Shown one piece after another: positions 12,840-24,209 of a stretch of 59,882 nt of DNA. The DNA is from Chiloscyllium plagiosum. Its lineage: Eukaryota. Location: the NCBI RefSeq assembly GCF_004010195.1, contig NC_057720.1, forward strand, positions 20,885,677-20,945,558, written 5' to 3'. Position 1 is the stretch's first letter. Every line of letters begins with the position of its first letter. The notes below the pieces were generated by a model that saw nothing but the letters and a program-made list of their open reading frames with translations, was not told the DNA's origin and did not search any database. The position numbers and the translations under genes were made by a program.

Positions 12840-13436
12840 CACAAGCAAAACCAGACATTGCTAGAAAAGCTCAGCAAGTCGGGCGGCATTTATGGACAGA
12901 AATCAGAGTTAACGTTTCAGGTCCAGTGACCCTTCCTCTGAACTGATGGTAGCTAGGAAAATGTTTTTTGTTCAGCAGAAAGGGCGAGGGGAGGGGGTAA
13001 GGAGTAAATGACAGGTGAGGATAGAGCCCCAAGAGACAGAAGAACAGTTGGACAGACAAAGGAATGAATAATGATCAGCGTAGGAGAATGAGTAGCTACT
13101 AACTGGGACTAATGGTTGTGTAATAGCAGACCGTGTGATAACAAGAGCTGGTGTTTGGAATGAGTGGAGGTAAGGACATGGGAGAAGTTCAATCCCTAAA
13201 ATTGTAGAACTCGATATAGAGTCCCAAAGGCTGCAGGATCCCCAAGCTGAAAATGAGTTGCTGTTCTTCCAGCTTGCACTGAGCTTCACTGGAGCACTGC
13301 AGCAAGCCTGAGATAGAGATGTTGGCCAGGGAACAGGGTGGTGTGTTGGAGTGACAGGCAACTGGAAGCTCAGGGTCTTTTTTGCGGACAGAATGCAGAT
13401 TTTCGCCAAAGCGGTCACCCAGTCTGCGTTTCACAT
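12840..13436 (-). mobile_element. Penelope-like element 3' part (GIY-YIG endonuclease C-terminus + pLTR)
   Basis: RLGDRFGENLHSVRKKDPELPVACHSN..LLQCSSEAQCKLEEQQLIFSLGILQPLGLYIEF is typical of the PLE GIY-YIG C-terminus; hammerhead-like motif at 12905-12945. Confidence 0.85.
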
Positions 13437-13640
13437 CCTTCCTTGAGTGTGGCGACCAGGACTGCACACAGTACACCAACTGTGGCTGAGTTAATATCTC
13501 ATACAGCGGTAGTGTTTCTACCCCTGAGTCAGGAAGCCTGGGGTTCAAGTCCCACGTACTCCAACAACACTTCTGAACAAGTTAATTAAAAAACATTGAC
13601 AGTACCATCAATGCCTTGACTAGTAAAGACAAGGATCCCA

Positions 13641-14572
13641 CAGTGGTGCTGGAAAAGCACAGCTGGTCAGGCAGAATACAAGGAGGAGAGTCAATAGACA
13701 AAAGTTGCAGGAATAGGCCATTCTGCCCTTCGAGCCTGCACCACCATTCAATATGATCATGGCTGATCATCCTTAATCAGTATCCTGTTCCTGCCTTAAC
13801 AGAGTCGATGTTTCAGGCATAAGTTCTTCATCAGAAATGAGGCCTGTGGGCCAAGGAGGCTGAGGGATAAATGATCGGGATTAGGCAGCTGGGAGTGTGA
13901 TAGGTAGATGAAAGTTGGGGTGAAAGTGATAGGTTGGAGAGGAGGGTGGAGCATATAGTTGGGAAGGAAGATGGACAGGTTGGAACTGGGATAAGGGGAA
14001 GTGAGGAAACTGGTGAAATCCCCTGTGGTTGGAGGATCCTAAGGCGGAAGGTGAGGCGTTCTTCCTCCAGCTGTTGGGTGATTAGGTTTGATGATGGAGG
14101 AGGCCCAGGACTTGCATGTCCTTGTCGGAGTGGAAGGGGAGTTAAAGGGCTCAGCTGCAGGGCCGTGGGATTGGTTGGTGTGGGTGTTGCAGAGATGTTC
14201 TCTGAATCACTGTGGATTTAACCAGGTTCCCAATTTCCCCTCCCCCCACCTTATCCCAGTCCCAACCTTCCAACTCGACACCGCCTTCTTGAACTGTACT
14301 ACATGTCCATCCTCCTTCCCACTGATCCACTCTACCCTCCACTCCAACCCATCACCATCACTCCCTAATTCGTCTACCTATCGCATTCTCAGCCCCACCC
14401 CCCTCACACTTACCTCTCAGCCCCCTTGGCCCACAAGCCTCATTCCTGATGAAGGCATTATGCCTGAAACACAACTCTCCTGCTCCTCGGATGCTGCCTG
14501 ACCTGCTGTGCTTTTCCAGCATCACACTCTTCGACTCTGATCTCCAGCATCTGCAGTCCTCACTTTCTCCTA
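13641..14572. mobile_element. Penelope element in inverted (tail-to-tail) arrangement with a small CR1 3' insert (~13700-13800)
   Basis: Minus-strand arm 13641-14205 contains degenerate GIY-YIG sequence; plus-strand arm 14210-14572 ends CCAGCATCTGCAGTCCTCACTTTCTCC. Confidence 0.8.
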
Positions 14573-14834
14573 GTTTGTGAATTTGTATTTGCAGATATAT
14601 TCCATTTTGTTCAAAAACTGCACAATCTGCAGGCAGTCAATGCAAACAGTCAATACATGTAACATTTTGTAAATTCCACTTTGGAAATAGAACCAGTCTG
14701 ACTCAAGATTGGGATACAGACAGACTCTGACCTCACACCTTTAATGCATTGTCTGAGCTGAGATGTCACCTTTTGTTATAAAACCTTAGGTTATCTTGAG
14801 AATGTGACTTAAAAGTAGTTCTGGGAATGCAGGA

Positions 14835-16175
14835 GACTAGAGAGACTGGTTAGCAAGATTAGATCTCACGGAGTACAGGGAGAACATTTAAAAGGATTTG
14901 GATGTGTATATGAGAACTGGCTCAAGAGTAGAAGACGGAGGGTGGTGGTGGTGGATTGTTTTTCAGACTGGAGGCCTGTGACCAGTGGAGTGCCACAAGG
15001 ATAATAGAACATAGAACATTACAGCATAGTACAGGTCCTTCGGCCCTCGATGTTGCGCTGCCCTGTCATACTAATCTGAAGCCCATCCCACCGACACTAT
15101 TCCACGTACATCCATATGCATGTCCAATGACGACTTAAATGCACTTAAATTTGTCGAATCTACTACCGTCGCAGGCAAAGCATTCCATACCCTTACTACT
15201 CTGAGTAAAGAAACTACCTCTGACATCTGTCTTATACCTATCTCTCCTCACTTTAAAGTTGTGTCCCCTCGTGTTTGCCGTTCCCATACTTAGAAAAAGA
15301 CTCTCCCTGTCCACCCTATCAAACCCTCTGATTATCTTATATGTCTCTATTAAATCACCTCTCAATCTTCTTCTCTCTAACAAGAACAGCCTCAAGGCCC
15401 TCAGCCTTTCCTCGTAAGACATTCCTTCCATACCAGGCAACATCCCAGTAAATCCCCTCTACACCCTTTCCAAAGCTTCCACATCCTTCTTATAATGCGG
15501 TGACCAGAACTGTACACAATACTCCAAGTGTGTCCATACCAGAGCTTTGTACAGCTGCAGCATAACCTCCCGGTTCCGGAACTCAATCCCTCTATTAATA
15601 AAGGCCAAACACTGTATGCCTTAACAACCCTGTCAATCTGGGTGGCAACTTTCAGGGATCTGTGTACATGGACACCGAGATCTCTCTGCTCATCTGCACT
15701 CCCAAGAATCTTACCATTAGCCCAGTACTTTGCATTCCGGTTACTCCGACCAAAGTGTATCACCTCACACTGGTCCACATTAAACTCAATGTGCTGGGTC
15801 CATTATGTTTTAATTTATATAAATGATTTGGATGTGAGCATAAAAGGTATAGTTAGTAAGTTTGCAGATGACATCAGAATTGGAGGTGTAGTGGACAGTG
15901 AAGAAGGTTACCTCAGATTACAATGGGATCTTGACCAGATGAGCCAATGGGCTAAGAAGTGGCAGATGGACTCAGATAAATGCGAGGTGCTGCATTTTGG
16001 GAAAGCAAATCTTAGCAGGACTTATACACTTAATGGTAAGGTCCTAGGGAGCGTTGCTGAACAAAGAGACCTTGGAGTGCAGGTTCATAGCTCCTTGAAA
16101 GTGGAGTCGCAGGTAGATAGGATAGTGAAGGCGGCGTTTGGTATGCTTTCCTTTATTGGTCAGAGTATTGACTTT
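14835..16175 (+). mobile_element. CR1 RT fragment split at the VPQG|SVLGP motif by an antisense CR1 (15002-15788)
   Basis: ..AGTGGAGTGCCACAAGGAT ends at ~15001 and resumes GTGCTGGGTCC..YINDLD..SKFADD at ~15791. Confidence 0.88.
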
Positions 16176-16905
16176 TAAATGTTGTAACTTACATGCATCT
16201 ACCACTTCCTCTGACAGGTTATTCCACATATGAACAGTCCTCTGCATGAAAACGTTGTCCCTCGGGTCCATTATAAATCTTTCTCCTCTCACCATAAAAA
16301 TATGTCCTCTAGTTTTGAACTTACCCGGTACAATTTCAACATTTAAGAGGCATTTGGATAGGTATATGAATAGGAAGGGTTTGGAGGGATATCGGCCGGG
16401 TGCCGGCAGGTGGGACTAGATTGGGTTGGGATATCTGGTCGGCATGGACGGGTTGGACCGAAGGGTCTGTTTCCATGCTGTACATCTCTATAACTGTAGA
16501 GTGAGTGAAGTGCAGGTAAAGCACTGCTTCACCAGGAAGGTGTGTTTGGGCCCTTGGATAGTGAGGAGGAAGGAAGCAAACTGACTGACAGGTTTTACAC
16601 CTTCAGCAGTAGTAGCAGGGGGAGGTGCCGTTAGAGAGTGGATCAGAGAGTCCCGCAGGGAACGGTCCTTATGTTCCTGGTTATGGATCCCTTTACTAAG
16701 GGGAAAGTCTATATGCCCCAATCAGATCCCCCTTTGCCCTCTTGGGAAAACAAGCACAGCCTAGCCAGTCTCTCTCGTTAGCCGATCTACTCCAGCCCAG
16801 GCAAAATCCCGGGGATCCGCCTCGGCTCCCTCACCAGTGCAATCACATCCTCCCTCGAGTGTAGCGATCAGAACTGCACACAGTACTCCAACTGTGGCCG
16901 AGTTA
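16176..16905. mobile_element. Mosaic of CR1 3' fragments and a Penelope GIY-YIG fragment (~16500-16670, minus)
   Basis: TIQGPKHTFLVKQCFTCTS (PLE); CR1 3' UTR at 16336-16492. Confidence 0.7.
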
Positions 16906-17547
16906 ACATCTCATACAGTGGTAGGGTTTCTACCCTGAGTCAGGAAGCCCAGGTTCAAGTCCCATGTACTCCAACAACACTTAATTAGAAAATGTTGACA
17001 GCACCATTAAGCACTGGTGAAGACAAGGATCCCACAGATCTTCTTAACCATCTGATCAACTTCTCCTGCTGTTTTCAATAATCCGTGGAACTGCACACCA
17101 AGGTTCCTGATTCCCTGTACTTGCAGTGGGGCTACCATTCAACATGTACTCCCTTGCCTCATCAGCCTAAATATTTAAACACAAAGCAAAGCAGGTTAGA
17201 CCCATAGAAAACAAATTAAAATATATGCCTTAGCTGCAGGGAGATGGGTTAATACCACTAACGTACTAATAATGGAAGAGTATTATAAGGAGGAGGAAGG
17301 CTGGAAGAAAGTGGAAGTTCTAATCTCGAGTTAAGAGGTACTGTCTACATAGATCTTGCTGAAACTGAACAGTTGTGTCCACACTGAAGAGTTGTGTCCT
17401 CGTTTCAATCAGATCCTGGGAGATAAAGTTCTGATTGGCTTGAGAGAGAAATATCCAGGAGCAGAAAATCTGTGTGTTTGCTCTAAAAATGCTCAAGTCA
17501 GTAAGAAGAAAGTTCCAGAAACCAATTATGGCCATGCCATAGAGTAA

Positions 17548-18607
17548 TAGAGTCATAAAGATGTGCAGCACGGAATCAGACCCTTCGGTCCAACTTGTCC
17601 CTGCCGACCAGATATCCCAACCCAATCTCGTCCCACCTGCCAGAACTTGGCATATATACCTCGAAACCCTTCCTATTCATGTACCCATCCAGATGCCTTT
17701 TAAATGCTGTAATTGTACCAGCCTCAACCACTTCCTCTGACAGCTCATTCCATACACGCACAATCCCCTGTGTGAAAAGATTTCCCCTTGGGTCCCTTTC
17801 TAATTCCCCATCTGCCTACCCATTCACAGCAGGCAAGGAAGCTAACATCAATTGAGTCTCCAGCAAAGAGCCCACATGCCAGTTTTTTGTTGGAACTTCA
17901 AGAGAGAAACATTCTGACTATCTCTTACCACCACAGCATGAACATGCCTATTCTCTCCACAGATCGAGTGTAGAGATGTACAGCATGGAAACAGACCAAC
18001 TTGTCCATGCTGACCAGATGTCCCAATCCAATCTACTCCCATTTATTTGCCAGCACCCGGCCCATATCCCTCCTAACCCTTCCACTCCAGGGAAAACAAC
18101 CCCAGGCCTATTCAGCGTCTCCCTATAGCTCAACTCCTCCAATCCTGGCAACATCCTTGTAAATCTTTTCTGAACCCTTTCAAGTTTCACAACAAGTTTC
18201 CGATAGGAAGGAGACCAGAATTGCACACAATATTCCAACAGTGGCCTAACCAATGTCCTGTACAGCCGCAACATGACCTCCCAACTCCTGTACTCAATAC
18301 TCTGACCAATAAAGGAAAGCATACCAAACACCTCCTTCACTATCCTATCTACCTGCGACTCCACCTTCAAGGAGCTATGAATCTGCACTCCAAGGTCTCT
18401 TTGTTCAGCAACACTCCCTAGGACCTTACCATTAAGTTTATAAGTCCTGCCAAGATTTGCTTTCCCAAAATGCAGCACCTCACATTTATCTAATAAACTC
18501 CAACTGCCACTCCTCTGCCCATTGGTACATCTGATCAAGATACTGTTGTAATCCGAGGTAACCTTCTTCACTGTCCACTACACCTCCAATTTTGGTGTCA
18601 TCTGCTG
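17548..18607 (-). mobile_element. Two CR1/HER1 fragments (17548-17800; 17968-18607)
   Basis: KCEVLHFGK..LYRTLVRPLLEYCVQFWSP..LERVQKRFTRMLPGL. Confidence 0.9.
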
Positions 18608-18786
18608 ACAGACCAGCTGCCAACTGCCACCCTTTCCTGTTCCAACATCCATTCTTGTAAACAACCAATTAATCTTTCCAGAGACAATGAACTGCCTCAC
18701 AACTGGAGAGGTCTCATCAGTATGCTTAAAGAAAAACTGCAAAATAAGTCGCCGGAACTGTTGACAATGATATCGCCAACAAATCA

Positions 18787-19118
18787 TAGAATCACCACAG
18801 AATCGCTACAGTGCAGAGGCAAGCCATTTAGCCCGTCGAGTCCACATTGACCCTCCAAAGAGCATCCCACCTGAACACACCATGTATTGGTAACCTTGTA
18901 TTTCCCATGGCTAACCCACCTAGCCTGCACAACCCTGGACACTATGGCAAATTAGCATGACTAATCCACCTAAACTGCACATCTTTGGACTGTGGGAGGA
19001 AACTGGAACACCCGGAGGAAACCTATGCGGACACAGGGAGAATGTGCGAACTGCACACAGTCGCCTGAGGCTGGTCACTGACACTGTGAGGCATCAGTGC
19101 TAACCACTGAGGCACTGT
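18787..19118 (-). mobile_element. HE1-type V-SINE adjacent to the ALG14 exon 2 donor
   Basis: Reverse complement of the HE1 head, V-domain and tail. Confidence 0.85.
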
Positions 19119-19150
19119 ACCCCCCCCTCCCATCAATTGTTAACACTTAC

Positions 19151-19302
19151 CTGAGGGTCAGTATTTCCTTTGGTTCTGGATGCCTCAAGGATGCGAACTT
19201 TCTCTTCACTTATCTTGTCCGTGTTAGCAATGACATAATGTCTGGGTACATATGAAGCAGAGAGGCTGTCCATCAGCCTGAGAATTTCTGTTGTGTGCCC
19301 CC
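19151..19302 (-). CDS. ALG14: ALG14 coding exon 2
   Basis: Pyrimidine tract + CAG acceptor (19305-19303), then (G)GHTTEILRLMDSLSASYVPRHYVIANTDKISEEKVRILEASRTKGNTDPQ, then donor CAG|GTAAGT (cttac 19146-19150). 152 nt; phase completes the Gly codon split by exon 1, giving the diagnostic GSGGHTTEILRL motif. Confidence 0.96.
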
Positions 19303-19649
19303 CTGAGTGGAGAGAAAGCAGGCATGAAACACATTTCCAGGTCAAACTAGTTCATAATCAATTAGTTTTGCCATTGTTCAATCATAAGGCCATCGGAGCA
19401 GGTGGAGGCCAATCAGCCCATCAAATCTGCTCTGTCATTAAATGATACCATGGCTGATATGACAATGCTCAATTCCATTTTGCTGCTAATTCCCCCCAGG
19501 AACCATAGATTCCAGTTCTGATTCAAAACCTGTCCACATCAGCATTGAATTATATTTAACAATCCAGCGTCAACAGCCATCTGTGGTAAAGAATTCACAG
19601 ATTCACAACCCTCAAAAATATTTCTCCTCATCTATGTTCTAAGCCCTTA

Positions 19650-19867
19650 GGGGTTGTTCTGTTACAACAAGCGTTTCGTTAACGTGAATTTGCTATAACA
19701 TGATTAGAAATAGTGTGGCAATTTGTCAAAGTGCAAACTTTTAAAACATGCGCTGGGTGTAACGCAATTACATTGCCAACACTCTAAACACCGTTTCTAA
19801 AGTGGGATTCTTCTAGAACGCACAGTTGCACAAGAATGCAACCATCGTGTTATAGAAGAACTACCTG
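19650..19867. mobile_element. Tc1/mariner-Tigger type MITE (MER6-like termini) in a CR1 3' fragment
   Basis: TA at both flanks (19648-49, 19868-69); right TIR revcomp CAGGTAGTTCTTCTATAAC vs left GGGGTTGTTCTGTTACAAC (13/19 identical). Confidence 0.6.
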
Positions 19868-20239
19868 TACTCTGGAATTATGCCCCTTGGCTCTAGACTC
19901 TCTAATAAGGAAAAAAAACTACCTCTCAGCATCAACTCTGTCAAGCCCGCCCAAGAGAACCTCTGCTTCCATAAGGTGACCACAGATTCGTCTAAACACA
20001 ATGAGTGTTCAGCCTACTCAATCTCTCCTTCGAAGAAAAACCCTCCCACCCAGGAATAAACCTAGTGAAGCTACAAGGGCGGGTTCAAGGGCAGAGGTGC
20101 AGGAAGTAGAGGAGATGCGCTGGAGGACATTGTGGCATCACCATCATGCCCCTCCATCTACCTAATGTATTCCTTGCTACCTCCCCTCAGCCTTGCTCCC
20201 CTTCTATTTATCTCTTAGTTCCCTTGGGCCCCCCAGCAC

Positions 20240-20275
20240 ATTCCTGATGAAGAGCTTATGCTCGAAACGTCAACT
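20240..20275 (+). ncRNA. Minimal hammerhead motif in a Penelope 3' fragment (~20135-20285)
   Basis: CTGATGA(20244)-A-GAGC TTAT GCTC-GAAAC-GTC; helix II covaries with the GGGC/GCCC copies. Confidence 0.6.
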
Positions 20276-20878
20276 CTCCTGCTCCATTTTTTGTCATTGA
20301 GTATAGGAGTTGGGATGTCATGTTGTTGGCTGCACAGAACACTGGTTAGGTCACTTTTAGAATACTGTCTCCCTGCTATAGGAAAAATGTTGCTAAACTT
20401 CAAAGGGTTCAGAAAAGATTTACAAGGATGTTGCTGCTGTTGGAAGGTTTGAGCTGTCCCTGTCAGTGGGCACAAAAGACCCCCTGTCACTATTTCAAGA
20501 AAAGAGCAAGCAGGAGTCATCTCCCAAGTTTATCCCTCAATCAACAGATCATCATGTTATTCATATCACCCTCTTGTGGAAGCTTGCATTACACTCATCA
20601 GCTGCTGGGATTCTTGTATTAGAACGTGACTGAGTCAAAGAGATGTACAGCATGGAAACAGACCCTTTGGTCCAACCCATCCATGCCAACCAGATATCCC
20701 AACCCAATCTAGTCCCACCTGCCAGTACCCAGCCCATATCCCGCCAAACCCTTCCTATTCATATACCCATCCAAATGCCTCTTAAATGTTGAAATTGTAC
20801 CAGCCTCCACCACTTCCTCTGGCAGCTCATTCCATACCCATACCACCCTCTGTGTGAAAAAGTTGCCCCTTAGGTCCC

Positions 20879-21421
20879 TGTTTTAAAAAATTCTCAAGGT
20901 CAGGTTCGTAGGAGAGTAGTCTGACACAGAACAAACGACCAAGAGGCGAGTCTGCTAGAATATGAGCATTTTATTCCCCGCAGCGCCGCCACAACCAGGT
21001 CTCATACTTACAACAGGTCTGGCTTATACTCACTCTACATGTTACCGGAACTGGGAGCCGTCAGTTCTCGTAGAGCGGTTGCCAACAACCCACGCTCGGC
21101 GGTTAAACGTAACCCCGGAGCAGACTCACCGAACTGGAGACTTTTCCAGCTGATATACTCTTTTCCAGATATAAACATTCATGTGAACAGCAGAGCAAGG
21201 CTAAAAAACACATTCCATTCTGGTTACATACAGATAAGAAGATTCACACGGGGAGGTGTGTAATAAGATTCACACGGGACTAAGCAACACCTCCATTCCG
21301 GTTAGATTCACACATGTATTGGGACATAATTTTTAACCGTTTCACCACATTCCACTGCTTGGCCCAATACATGTGTTACATTATGATTCACACATGTATT
21401 GGGACATAATTTTACACCACA
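20879..21421 (-). mobile_element. Solo LTR (543 bp) with 5-bp TSD
   Basis: Begins TG, ends CA; GTCCC at 20874-20878 and 21422-21426; minus-strand AATAAA (20970-20975), TATA-like motifs (~21152-21175) and duplicated CACACATGTATTGGGACATAATTTT in the U3-like part. Confidence 0.85.
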
Positions 21422-21707
21422 GTCCCTTTTATATCTTTCCCCTCTCACCCTAAACCTATGCCTTCAAGCTCTGGACTCCCCAACCCCAGGGAAAAGACTT
21501 TGTCTATTTATCCTATCCATGCCCCTCAATCTTGTAAACCTCCATAAGGTCACTCCTCAACCTCTGACGCTCCAGGGAAAACAGCCCCAGCCTGTTCAGC
21601 CTCTCCCTAAAGCTCAAATCCTCCAACCCTGGCAACATCCTTGTAAATCTTGTCTGAACCCTTTCAAGTTTTAAAACATCTCAAACCTTCCAACATTTGG
21701 GATTTTG

Positions 21708-22173
21708 ATGGCTCAGTGGTTAGCACTTTTGCCTCACAGCGCCAGGGACCCGGGTTCAATTCCAGCCTCAGGCAACTGTCTCTGTGGGGTTTGCACATTC
21801 TTCGAGTTTGTGTGGGTTTCCTCCGGGTGCTCTGGTTTCCTCCCACAGTCCAAAGATGTGCAGTTTAAAAATAAGGCAGCACAGTGGCTCAGTGGTTAGC
21901 ACTGCTGCCTCACAGCACTAGGGACCCACGTTCGATTCCAGCCTCGGGTGACCGTCTATGTGGAGTTTGCACATTCTCCCCATGTCTGCGTGGGTTTCCT
22001 CCCACAATCCAAAGATGTGCGAGTCAGGTGAATTGGCCATGCTAAATTGCTCATAGTGTTAGGTGCATTGTAAATGTGGGGAATGGGTCTGGGAGGGTTA
22101 CTCTTCGGAGGGTCGGTGTGGACTTGTTGGGTCGAAGGGCCTGTTTCCATACTGTAGGGAATCTAATCTAATC
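21708..22173 (+). mobile_element. Tandem HE1 SINEs (3'-truncated 21708-21865; full 21875-22173)
   Basis: Two tRNA heads and V-domains; the second has a tail ending AATCTAATCTAATC. Confidence 0.88.
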
Positions 22174-22854
22174 TTTCCGATAGGAAGGAGACCAGAATTA
22201 CATGCAATATTCCAATGGTGGCCTAACCAATGTCCTCTACAGGCACAACATGACCCCCAACTCCTGTACTCAATACTCTGACCAATAAAGGAAAGCATAT
22301 CAAATGCCTTCTTCACTATCCTGGACTTCATTGGCTACAAAATGATTTGGTGAATAATTCTTTGGCAAAAATAGCACTATACAAAACATGCTTATTACTT
22401 TTATTTCAAAGGTAGACAGAGTAGAGTGGTTTGAACTACCAAAGATGAAGATTAAAGCACAATCAATGATGGAAGTGAGATTAAAGTAAGGGATGTCCTA
22501 GAGAATAAAGAGATAATGGAGGAATGCAGAGCTTGTCGAGGCGACAGTGATCACTTGGAATGAAGGCATTAGGGAGATGGAGAAAATCTGCTCTCATTCA
22601 GGAAGTTGGGGATACTATTTCATTCAAGTTCAGTCAGATCTCAGGGAGAGGGCAGGAGTTGATAGCAAGGGAAAGACTCTTCCTAATGTTGAACTAGAGG
22701 AATATCTTTGCTCAGTCCTAGATGCAAGACAAGCTGCAAGGCAACTTGCAGACAGCAGAAAGGTCAAGGTGGTGAGTTACAGCTGGATGATGCCAGGACA
22801 CATTTGGGAATATTGTTTTCAGGGACAGACCCTAGTTAAGAAATGGGACATTAA

Positions 22855-24142
22855 TGCATGGAGGGCGATGCGTCAGAGTGAGGGCTGTTTATTCAAGATT
22901 TCGCCACTTATGCCTATAGTTGGCATGCCAGGGTTCCGACCAGGGACGATGGACTCAGGGTTCAAACTATGGGCAGCAAGAAGAGCTTCTAGTTTGGGAG
23001 ACTTGTTTGAGGGGGAGGTTATGATGTCTTTTGAGCAACTGAGCCTCAAATACGGGATACCCAGCAGAGACCTTTCTGTTTTTTTCAGGTTAGGGATTTC
23101 ATCCAGAAGACGACGACGCTTCTCACTACGCCCTAAAGCCCGATACAGAGAGGTTGTTGCTACGTTCCACAAGCACCCTTTCGGTTAGTGCCCTCTATCG
23201 CCTGCTGGGTGGCAGGGCCTGGCAGGATATTAACCGGTTATGAGGGGTCTGGGAGCGGAGATCTCCTCTGAAACATGGGAGAACACTCAAAAGATCTCAA
23301 TCTGTAATAGGACATGCGCTACGCAGTTAAAAGTTCTGCACAGGGCTCATCTGGCACCAGACCGTCTGGCGAAGTTTAGAAAAGGGGCATCTTCAGTGTG
23401 CCCCAAATGTAAAATAAGTGTAGGTACTCGTACCCATTACTTCTGGACATGCCACAGGCTCCGTGTTTATTGGAGCACTCTGGTGGGAGAGATAGGGAGG
23501 GTATTGAGGACTGAAGTCAAAATAAACCCGATATCTCTCTTCTTAGGTCTACCAAATTTACCATCTTTAGACGGGCATGGGAAGAAACTATTTAATATTC
23601 TTGCATACGGTGCATGGAAGAATATTCTGATGAATTGGGTGTCTGAGAACCCGCTGCGCTTGGTGGGATGGCAGAAATTAATTATGGAGCACATTCCCTT
23701 GGACTTTTTCACAAACATGGTGCACCACACAACAGACAATTTTTATAAGACATGGCAGCCCTACTTGAGTTATTTGGATATAGATTTGTCAGTAATCTTA
23801 ACTATGGCATTGGTTTAACCAGGATGATTAGATTTGTCAAGCCCTGGGCCCTGGAGGGGGTCTCCTGAGTTAATGTGAGTATATATACACAATGCTCCCG
23901 TTCCTTTGTTTGGGAGCTTTTCGCCGAGCATAGCTGTTCTGTATTTTGTGGGGTTTTTTTGCTTTTTTTTTGTGTTGCTTTGCACAGTGTTAGGGTTTGC
24001 TTTGTATTATAGGGTAGGTTAGTAGTTAGTAGTTAGTAGTTGTATTGTAATGTGTTTTTCTTTCTTTTTATTATGCTGACATGTTATTGATTTTTTTCCA
24101 ATAATTTTATGTTTGTAAAGTTAAAAAAACTTACAAAAAAAA
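22855..24142 (+). mobile_element. 5'-truncated L1-clade LINE (ORF2 C-terminus with CCHC zinc finger, 3' UTR, A-rich tail) with TSD
   Basis: QLKVLHRAHLAPDRLAK..CPKCKISVGTRTHYFWTC..YW; T-rich 3' UTR; A-tail; GGGACATTAA at 22845-22854 and 24143-24152. Confidence 0.9.
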
Positions 24143-24209
24143 GGGACATTAAATTATAAAACATATGTTAAAACAGAGTGAGTGAATGAGAGCAACATAC
24201 TGTTTAAAA

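Larger units (their letters stand above)
20631..22322 (-). mobile_element. CR1/HER1 LINE 3' fragment hosting a solo LTR and HE1 SINEs
   Basis: CR1 sequence is continuous once 20879-21421 and ~21672-22172 are removed. Confidence 0.88.
20455..22400 (+). mobile_element. DeuSINE (SacSINE1/AmnSINE-like) split by a CR1 insertion; pieces at 20455-20630 and ~22325-22400
   Basis: AAAAGACCCCCTGTCACTATTTCAAGAAAAGAGCA..TTTATCCCTCAATCAAC..GTGGAAGCTTGC (Deu domain); tail ACTTCATTGGCT..GCACTATACAAA resumes after the CR1. Confidence 0.6.

Noticed and set aside
14573..14830. Possible unclassified interspersed repeat
   Set aside because: Only one copy in the window and no diagnostic termini, so it cannot be supported from the sequence.
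19303..19345. MTWKCVSCLLSLHS N-terminus of the ORF-track ALG14 hit
   Set aside because: Intronic read-through upstream of the CAG acceptor; the real N-terminus is exon 1 at 25766-25910.
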